IMG/VR virus record: IMGVR_UViG_3300025389_001063
Length of the DNA stretch: 64,000 nucleotides
Strand: one strand, 5' to 3'
Source: a virus
Taxonomy: Duplodnaviria; Caudoviricetes
Numbering within the stretch: position 1 is the first letter of the stretch; each line of letters opens with the position of its first letter. The notes under the pieces are model-generated. The model was not told where the DNA came from and did no database searches. It worked only from the letters and a program-made list of their open reading frames with translations. Both the position numbers and the translations under genes were made by a program. Shown one piece after another: positions 56,124-62,272 of the stretch.

Positions 56124-56891
56124 ATGGCAATATTAACTAAGACTGCCGCAGTTTCAGACACAGACGCACAAGTAGTCGATTTACGTGGTATGTGGATCGG
56201 ACTAGTAACACTCAATGTTTTTTACCTAATTGTACGTATATATGAACAAATCTTTGGCTGGAGAGCTGGCCTTGATTCGTTCGCTCCAGAGTTCCAGACA
56301 TATTGGATGTCAATCCTATGGACTGAAATTCCTCTAGAACTAGTTTCGGGTTTAGGCCTCGCAGGTTATCTTTGGAAGACTCGCGATCGTAACCTTGCAG
56401 CAGTTTCTCCACGTGAGGAAATGCGCAGACTAGTTGTTCTTGTACAGTGGCTCGTAGTTTACGGCATTGCCATTTATTGGGGTGCTTCGTTCTTTACAGA
56501 GCAGGACGGTACTTGGCACATGACAGTTATTCGTGATACAGACTTTACTCCAAGTCACATCATTGAGTTCTATATGTCATATCCAATCTACAGCGTTATT
56601 GCTGTTGGTGCTTTCTTCTATGCAAGAACACGTATTCCATACTTCGCTCAAGGCTATTCATTAGCATTCTTGATCGTTGCTATTGGACCATTTATGATTA
56701 TTCCAAACGTTGGTCTCAACGAGTGGGGTCATACTTTCTGGTTCATGGAAGAACTCTTTGTAGCACCGCTACATTGGGGCTTTGTGTTCTTTGGTTGGAT
56801 GGCACTAGGCGTATTTGGTGTTGTTCTACAGATTCTAGGTCGTGTTCACGCTCTAGTTGGCAAAGAAGGTGTTGCTCTACTAACAGAGTAA
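56124..56891 (+). CDS. pmoC: Particulate methane monooxygenase subunit C (stand-alone)
   Basis: GWRAGLDSFAPEFQTYW, WGASFFTEQDGTWHMTVIRDTDFTPSHIIEFY and NEWGHTFWFMEELFVAPLHWGF. Strong SD; upstream TTGAC and TATAAATA promoters. Confidence 0.97.
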   Translation: MAILTKTAAVSDTDAQVVDLRGMWIGLVTLNVFYLIVRIYEQIFGWRAGLDSFAPEFQTYWMSILWTEIPLELVSGLGLAGYLWKTRDRNLAAVSPREEMRRLVVLVQWLVVYGIAIYWGASFFTEQDGTWHMTVIRDTDFTPSHIIEFYMSYPIYSVIAVGAFFYARTRIPYFAQGYSLAFLIVAIGPFMIIPNVGLNEWGHTFWFMEELFVAPLHWGFVFFGWMALGVFGVVLQILGRVHALVGKEGVALLTE

Positions 56892-56912
56892 ACCCTGTTA
56901 AAAACCCTCCCA

Positions 56913-56946
56913 AGAGCCGCTCGCGCAATGCGGGCGGTTTCTTTTT
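56913..56946 (+). terminator. Intrinsic terminator after pmoC
   Basis: GCCGCTCGC / GCGGGCGGT stem followed by a T-run. Confidence 0.8.
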
Positions 56947-56958
56947 GATAAATACACC

Positions 56959-57855
56959 ATGTGTATTGTTATTGGAAAATACTTTGAAGGAACTGGTTGG
57001 GTTGCTGTAAAGAACCGTGATCGTAACTATATCCCCGAAATTAGTTTTAAGAAGAAAATTGGTGATGGTGTAGAAATACTTTACTTCTGGGATGACATTA
57101 CACAGTATTGCGAAGGAATGAATTCCGCAGGTGTAGGTGTACTAAGTGCTAGTCTTATGGTTATGGACGACGAGAAAGAAATAGAGAAGCGTTCAAAGAC
57201 TCCAAGTAAAGACGGTGCAAAAATTAAAAAAGCATTAACATTTCCAAATATTAAAGCAGTTGCTATGAGTCTTATTAAACAAAAACTTACAGGCAATACA
57301 CTTATATTCAATCAAGAAACTATGTATCTACTCGAAGGTGCCTGGAAGCCAGGAGAATATAAATCAAAGGGATATGATTATATTATTAAAGAAATTCCAA
57401 AGGATCAAACAGTTGTAAGAACTAACTACGGTATTTGGATACCTTGGGCAGGATATCAGCGTGGAGTTGACGACAATCAAACAATGAGTCGTATTAGTGC
57501 CGAATCACGTAGACTTATAGGCGAAGATGTTGTTAAAAAAGCAGAAGACCCCGAAGATATTCTAGATGGCTTAACATTAGATTATACACACGACGGACAA
57601 CTTAATGCTTTACGCACAACTACTAAAAAGAAAAAAATGCGTACTACAAGTCAGATAATGATTATTCCAAAAGAAAAAACTATGTATGTTCGTCCTGTAC
57701 AAAGTAATATGAAGTTCAACTTCTGGGAATTAAATGATCCAAAACAACAGACATGGATCGAGATTCTAAGTAATCGTGTATTGTATATGAATCTTAAAGA
57801 CAGTGATCCAGGAAACGATCCACCGTTTGATCATAAGTTAGATCATAATTCTTGA
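56959..57855 (+). CDS. Probable Ntn-hydrolase (N-terminal Cys nucleophile)
   Basis: Begins MCIVI; KNRD, GMNSAGVGV, VRTN and TTSQ motifs. Confidence 0.6.
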   Translation: MCIVIGKYFEGTGWVAVKNRDRNYIPEISFKKKIGDGVEILYFWDDITQYCEGMNSAGVGVLSASLMVMDDEKEIEKRSKTPSKDGAKIKKALTFPNIKAVAMSLIKQKLTGNTLIFNQETMYLLEGAWKPGEYKSKGYDYIIKEIPKDQTVVRTNYGIWIPWAGYQRGVDDNQTMSRISAESRRLIGEDVVKKAEDPEDILDGLTLDYTHDGQLNALRTTTKKKKMRTTSQIMIIPKEKTMYVRPVQSNMKFNFWELNDPKQQTWIEILSNRVLYMNLKDSDPGNDPPFDHKLDHNS

Positions 57856-57892
57856 CATAATCCAAATAAACATATATATTAATACTATGAAC

Positions 57893-57982
57893 GGTGGGGT
57901 GCCTGAGAGGTCGAAAGGAGCGGTTTGCTAAACCGTCGTACCGGAAACGGTACCCAGGGTTCGAATCCCTGTCCCACCGCCA
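57893..57982 (+). tRNA. tRNA-Ser (GCU)
   Basis: Long variable arm, G73 and encoded CCA. Confidence 0.95.
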
Positions 57983-58059
57983 TTATATGCAGTTTTATGT
58001 GCGATAAAACTGGCTAAATACAAAACGAGCTTTTTATCGTAAACCAAAGGATTAATATT

Positions 58060-58176
58060 ATGCGTAAGTCCAAAGCAAAAGCAATCGCTATAGCACAGAC
58101 AGAAAAGCAGAATGCTATGTTTGTTATAACTTCAATGCTTGCTCTTGCTGTTATGCTAGTTTTTTACATAGCATAA
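58060..58176 (+). CDS. Small membrane protein (38 aa, not in ORF track)
   Basis: AAGGA SD; basic N-terminus followed by a TM segment. Confidence 0.45.
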   Translation: MRKSKAKAIAIAQTEKQNAMFVITSMLALAVMLVFYIA

Positions 58177-58314
58177 CTTAAAGACTTAAATTTCTAAAAA
58201 TTTAGAGTTTCCCATAACTTGGGAAAGGCAAGTTGAACGTTCTCATATTTCGTTCAACACTTACTATGTTCGTCTGGCATTGTGCTAACGAACTTAACAA
58301 GAAAGGTAAAAATT

Positions 58315-58803
58315 ATGTTTAATATGAAAAATATTGTGATGGCTGCTATTGTGGCTATTTGCTTTGCTACACCGGCATCAGCAGATCCTGTTACAGACCT
58401 TTTTGATGGAATGTTTGGACAGCCTCACACTCAGACTGCTGTAAAGCAGAGCCGTCATTCTCGACACACACAGCCTGCTCAAGAACAGGCAGATAACGGC
58501 GGACTATTCGGTGGCATTATTTCCGCTGGTCAGCGTATGGTTGCTTCTTTTTACGGACACGGTGAGAAGTTGAGCAAATATACTGCTAGTGGACAGCGTT
58601 TTAATCCACATGCTATGACAGCAGCACATAAGACACTTCCATTTGGTACACAACTTCATGTTTGTCACCGTGGATGTGTAACTGTAACTGTTAATGATCG
58701 CGGTCCATTTGTTCGCGGACGTCAATTAGATCTTTCATATGGCGCTGCTAGAGCAATTGGAATGACTAGTACAGCATCAGTGCATGTTGCTAGATTAAAC
58801 TAA
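58315..58803 (+). CDS. rlpA: RlpA-like double-psi beta-barrel lytic transglycosylase, secreted
   Basis: Signal peptide; ASFYG, TASGQRFNPHAMTAAHKTLPFGT, VNDRGPF and LDLSYGAA motifs. Confidence 0.9.
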   Translation: MFNMKNIVMAAIVAICFATPASADPVTDLFDGMFGQPHTQTAVKQSRHSRHTQPAQEQADNGGLFGGIISAGQRMVASFYGHGEKLSKYTASGQRFNPHAMTAAHKTLPFGTQLHVCHRGCVTVTVNDRGPFVRGRQLDLSYGAARAIGMTSTASVHVARLN

Positions 58804-58809
58804 TATTTT

Positions 58810-58838
58810 AGAGGCTGCTTCAGGAGCAGCCTCTTTTT
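58810..58838 (+). terminator. Intrinsic terminator
   Basis: AGAGGCTGCT / AGCAGCCTCT stem followed by a T-run. Confidence 0.8.
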
Positions 58839-58874
58839 ACGACTCGAGGCTAATTAATGTTATAGGAGCCTCAA

Positions 58875-59078
58875 ATGACTGTTGTAGATTTTGTTGTTTT
58901 TCAAGAAAAACAAAAACTTGTTAGAGAACTTAAAGAATGGCGTGAGAGACTTAATTTGGCTTATGAATTTGATTGGAAAGATCCCAGTAAACAAATATGT
59001 CATAGTGAAGTAGAAAGATTAAGAAAACTAGTCGAAATCGATGAAACAATTATTGACAAAATTTCTAAACATGTATAA
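58875..59078 (+). CDS. Hypothetical protein
   Basis: AGGAG SD. Confidence 0.55.
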   Translation: MTVVDFVVFQEKQKLVRELKEWRERLNLAYEFDWKDPSKQICHSEVERLRKLVEIDETIIDKISKHV

Positions 59079-59088
59079 AGTAAGTAAT

Positions 59089-59310
59089 ATGTTTCGACTT
59101 AAAAACTATATAGATTTTAATCATCTAAAAGAAATTAATTCGGGTTATTTCAAACATCTTTTTATAGCACTCTATTTTGTGTTTATAACTATTATTAGCG
59201 CCGTTACTGGATTAATACATGCTTTCATTCCTTTCCTATTTCCATTCACTCCTTACCTTCTTGTTAAAAAAGTAGTAGATGGAACTGAAAAATATTTCAT
59301 GAAAAAATAA
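59089..59310 (+). CDS. Small membrane protein (DUF6356-like pattern)
   Basis: HLKEI...YFKH...A...LIHAFIPFLF. Confidence 0.5.
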   Translation: MFRLKNYIDFNHLKEINSGYFKHLFIALYFVFITIISAVTGLIHAFIPFLFPFTPYLLVKKVVDGTEKYFMKK

Positions 59311-59311
59311 A

Positions 59312-60040
59312 ATGGAATTTCAAAAGATTTTAGAAGAAGGTATTACAATTCATAGTTCGGGTTCTTCCGGACCTTCAAAACCATTCTTCCAACCACCTAA
59401 AAAAATTAGAGCAGCAAATAGAATTTCTAGGATTGTTAACGGACTTACTGGAACTAGTAGAATCTATACTGTTATGAAAATGGATCATGCTGGTGGATTA
59501 TTTGGACAAACTCTTCCTGGTTATGAAATTGGAGCAATGACTATAATTGAAAAATTTAGTCCATATACGTTTATTAAAAATATAAAAAGATTTTCTCATT
59601 CACATATTACTCCATTACATGCTAAAGCAATAATGAAAACAAAAGGATTTAAAGATATTGATTTATCAAATATTACTATTATGTGTGGGGCAGAACCTGT
59701 TACTTGGGATATTATAGAAGCATTTGTATCTAAAGGATGTATATTTATTACTAATTGGGGAATGAGTGAAATAGGTCCTACAGCAATTAATTATAAATTT
59801 AAATCAATAGAAGAAGTTAATTATGTTAAAAGTATTTGTCCAAAAGATGCTACAATATTAGGAAATAAAAAGTATTGTGAATATAAAATAGATAATGAAG
59901 AATTAGTGGTAAAAGGTGATATTTGTATTTTCGATAATTGGTATTATACTAAAGACAAAGTTGTAGAGATAGATGATATATTATTTTATTCTGGAAGAAT
60001 AAATTTGGACGTAGACTTTAATAATCCAAAAAAAGGTTGA
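59312..60040 (+). CDS. Truncated adenylate-forming (AMP-binding) enzyme
   Basis: SSGSSGPSK, WGMSEIGP, YYTKD and YSGR motifs; only 242 aa. Confidence 0.65.
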   Translation: MEFQKILEEGITIHSSGSSGPSKPFFQPPKKIRAANRISRIVNGLTGTSRIYTVMKMDHAGGLFGQTLPGYEIGAMTIIEKFSPYTFIKNIKRFSHSHITPLHAKAIMKTKGFKDIDLSNITIMCGAEPVTWDIIEAFVSKGCIFITNWGMSEIGPTAINYKFKSIEEVNYVKSICPKDATILGNKKYCEYKIDNEELVVKGDICIFDNWYYTKDKVVEIDDILFYSGRINLDVDFNNPKKG

Positions 60041-60067
60041 CATGTTTCTAATCTTCGTGTATAAATA
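60037..60067 (+). promoter_or_regulatory. Composite early/late promoter of the tRNA operon
   Basis: TTGACA (60037-60042), N17, TATAAATA (60060-60067). Confidence 0.8.
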
Positions 60068-60096
60068 AAAGACAATAAGGAAACGTGAGTTCAAAA

Positions 60097-60168
60097 ATGA
60101 ATCAACGCAATAATCAAATTAGTATGGTATGCTGGTATGAAAATACCAGTCGGGGTCTTGCGTGGTGA
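60097..60168 (+). CDS. Attenuator leader peptide MNQRNNQISMVCWYENTSRGLAW (23 aa, not in ORF track)
   Basis: Read directly from the sequence. An in-frame alternative GTG start exists at 60085. The last codons overlap the 5' strand of the antiterminator. Confidence 0.7.
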   Translation: MNQRNNQISMVCWYENTSRGLAW

Positions 60169-60224
60169 TTTAAGAATCACATATACGTTTACAAGACCCT
60201 GGAAGTAAAATTCCGGGGTTTTTT
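60150..60224 (+). promoter_or_regulatory. Transcription attenuator: antiterminator 60150-60202 versus terminator 60196-60224
   Basis: GGGGTCTTG pairs with CAAGACCCT. ACCCTGGAA-GTAAAA-TTCCGGGGT-TTTTT is the terminator. The two share 60196-60202. Confidence 0.8.
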
Positions 60225-60242
60225 ATTGAGAGGAGAACGAAT

Positions 60243-60398
60243 ATGAAGTGGCCTAAACTAATACAAAAGATGTATAAAGCAATTATAGAACGTGATGAAG
60301 ATAAAGAAAAAGAGTTATACTTCAAAGCCATGAAGAAAAACTTCAAGGACAAGAAGGAAGAAAAGAAGATTACTGCTAAAAAGACTATTATAAAGTAG
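60243..60398 (+). CDS. Small Lys/Glu-rich protein (51 aa, not in ORF track)
   Basis: GAGGAG SD; first gene after the attenuator. Confidence 0.6.
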   Translation: MKWPKLIQKMYKAIIERDEDKEKELYFKAMKKNFKDKKEEKKITAKKTIIK

Positions 60399-60404
60399 TA
60401 ATCT

Positions 60405-60416
60405 TGTTGTTTGACA
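60405..60416 (+). promoter_or_regulatory. boxA-like antitermination element
   Basis: TGTTGTTTGACA resembles rrn boxA TGCTCTTTAACA and lies 26 nt before the first tRNA. Confidence 0.45.
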
Positions 60417-60441
60417 GTGTGAATAAGAATTTAGCATTTTT

Positions 60442-60516
60442 GCTCCCTTCGTCTAGCGGTTAGGACGTCGCCCTTTCACGGCGAAAACAGGGATTCGAAT
60501 TCCCTAGGGAGCACCA
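60442..60516 (+). tRNA. tRNA-Glu (UUC)
   Basis: Cloverleaf with encoded CCA. Confidence 0.95.
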
Positions 60517-60520
60517 ATAT

Positions 60521-60595
60521 GCTAGTGGGTCGGTATGGCATCGAAAGACTCTCATAAGATCTTCAAAATTGGTTCAATTCCAATCATTAGCACCA
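60521..60595 (+). tRNA. tRNA with CAU anticodon (elongator Met or Ile2), atypical
   Basis: Acceptor and T arms are intact, with CTCATAA loop and CCA. It has G at position 8 and a C-A mismatch in the anticodon stem, and lacks initiator features. Confidence 0.75.
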
Positions 60596-60606
60596 ATAAA
60601 TAATAT

Positions 60607-61290
60607 ATGCGTTTAATAATTTTAGGTGATAGTGGAGCAGCTGGAGATCATTCTTGGCCTAAGAAATTATCAAATAAACTAAATTGTGAATTAATAAATT
60701 TTGCCAAGCCTGCTGCACAAATTCTTTTACAAATACAATTAATGCAAGATTGGCTAATTGATAATGATTTAAATAAAAATGATATTATTATTTGGCAAAT
60801 AGGATGGTCTCTACATTCTGTTGTACATATAGGACACGAACATTTAGATTCCGTTCAAAAAGCAGATAGATTTGTAAAAAATAAATTGTTTATTTCTCAT
60901 TATCATATAAGAGACAATAAAATCGATAATAAAAAAAGAATATCTTTATTACCTATTAGTCCAATTCTTCATAAATTTTCTAATAGAAAAAAACCAAATG
61001 ATGATGCAGAAGTACTTCATCAATTACTTTTTATGCTTGTAATATTAAAGAAATTATGTCCTCACATATTAGTTACTCAATCACAAGAAGAATTTGTTAA
61101 GGACGAACATTGGAAAAACTTTAAAAAAATATTAATAGAAAAAGATATTGACTTTATCGAAGAAGGTATGTATAATTGGTGTATAAGTAATAACTTAGAT
61201 ACAGAATTTTTTCATCCAACTAACGAATCTTATGGTATATATGTAGAACAAAAAATATATCCTAAATTAAAAAGTTTAGGTTGGATATAG
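60607..61290 (+). CDS. SGNH/GDSL-like hypothetical protein
   Basis: ILGDS, WPKKL...NFAKP and FHPT motifs; ATAAATA lies 4 nt before the ATG. Confidence 0.55.
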   Translation: MRLIILGDSGAAGDHSWPKKLSNKLNCELINFAKPAAQILLQIQLMQDWLIDNDLNKNDIIIWQIGWSLHSVVHIGHEHLDSVQKADRFVKNKLFISHYHIRDNKIDNKKRISLLPISPILHKFSNRKKPNDDAEVLHQLLFMLVILKKLCPHILVTQSQEEFVKDEHWKNFKKILIEKDIDFIEEGMYNWCISNNLDTEFFHPTNESYGIYVEQKIYPKLKSLGWI

Positions 61291-61323
61291 GTAGACCTGA
61301 TAAATAATTATAGGAGGTCTACC
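61290..61323 (+). promoter_or_regulatory. SD-sequestering hairpin with a late promoter in its loop
   Basis: GGTAGACCT / AGGTCTACC stem; the loop contains ATAAATA and the 3' arm contains the AGGAGG SD. Confidence 0.75.
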
Positions 61324-61326
61324 AAT

Positions 61327-61755
61327 ATGCCTAGAGGAATTAAAGGAATACCAAAAACTTATCTTTGCTTACATTGTGGAAAAGAGAATAAATTCAGCTT
61401 TAGTAGTACAAATAAGTTTTGCGATAATAAATGTCAAAAAGAATTTGAAGGTAAAGAAAAAGTTAAACTATGGTTAAAGGGAGATAAAGAACCAACTAAA
61501 AGTATCATAGTTAGATATCTAAAAGAAACTAAAGGATATAAATGTGATGTTTGTGGTTTATCTGAATGGAACGGATCATCTATAACATTAGAAATTGATC
61601 ATATAGATGGCGACTCAACAAACAATCATCCTTCCAATTTTAGATACATGTGTCCAAACTGCCATTCGCAAACACCTACATATAAAGGTGGAAATAAAGG
61701 TAATGGCAGACCAAGACATCAAAAGGATTATACAATAATACGCTCTCTTAGTTAA
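61327..61755 (+). mobile_element. HNH endonuclease inside the tRNA array
   Basis: CDVCG, LEIDHIDGDSTNNHPSNFRYMCPNCHSQT; the stop codon lies within tRNA-Thr. Confidence 0.88.
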
Positions 61756-61815
61756 ATGGTATAACAGCTGATTAGTAATCAGTTATTGGCAGTTCGATTC
61801 TGTCAGAGAGCACCA
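61742..61815 (+). tRNA. tRNA-Thr (AGU)
   Basis: GCTGA-TTAGTAA-TCAGT anticodon arm, GCTCTCT/AGAGAGC acceptor stem and CCA. Confidence 0.9.
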
Positions 61816-61820
61816 TTTAA

Positions 61821-61894
61821 GCCGACATAGTGTAGTGGTAGCACGAGAGATTGTGGATCTTTTAGTCCAGGATCGTTACCCGGTGTCGGTACCA
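61821..61894 (+). tRNA. tRNA-His (GUG), no G-1, A73
   Basis: AGAGA-TTGTGGA-TCTTT anticodon arm; preceded by A; discriminator A; atypical T loop ATCGTTA. Confidence 0.85.
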
Positions 61895-61899
61895 TTTAT

Positions 61900-61976
61900 T
61901 GGCGTGTAGCTCAGTTGGTTAGAGCATTCGACTGATAATCGAAAGGTCGGTGGTTCAAATCTACCCATGCCAACCA
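61900..61976 (+). tRNA. tRNA-Ile (GAU)
   Basis: Canonical cloverleaf with CCA. Confidence 0.95.
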
Positions 61977-61981
61977 GTTAT

Positions 61982-62066
61982 GGGGGAATGTCCCGAGCGG
62001 CAAAGGGGGCGGACTGTAAATCCGCTGGCTAAGCCTTCGTAGGTTCGAGTCCTACTTCCCCCACCA
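61982..62066 (+). tRNA. tRNA-Tyr (GUA)
   Basis: Long variable arm and CCA. Confidence 0.95.
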
Positions 62067-62067
62067 T

Positions 62068-62141
62068 AGAGGTAAAGTGTTACGATAGCACATCGGTCTC
62101 CAAAACCGAGGGCGTGGGTTTGACTCCTACTACCTCTGCCA
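62068..62141 (+). tRNA. tRNA-Trp (CCA)
   Basis: TCGGT-CTCCAAA-ACCGA anticodon arm, G73, CCA; T loop TTTGACT. Confidence 0.92.
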
Positions 62142-62156
62142 AAATTTGTCGCGCTT

Positions 62157-62268
62157 GACCCGTCGCGGCAGACTTCCATACAATGCTTGGGAGTCAAATA
62201 AGTCCTACATCAACTGTGTAGGGGTATAATAGTCCGCATTCCAAAGCGTACTCGCTAACGGGTTGCCA
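62157..62268 (+). ncRNA. Candidate ncRNA with a tRNA-type acceptor stem and 3' GCCA but a non-tRNA body
   Basis: GACCCGT / ACGGGTT-G-CCA encloses three hairpins; it occupies a slot between tRNA-Trp and tRNA-Cys. Confidence 0.5.
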
Positions 62269-62272
62269 AATT

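Noticed and set aside
62157-62268. tRNA-Sec or intron-containing tRNA
   Set aside because: TCA is not centred in a 7-nt anticodon loop, and no D or T loop consensus can be recovered by removing a segment.
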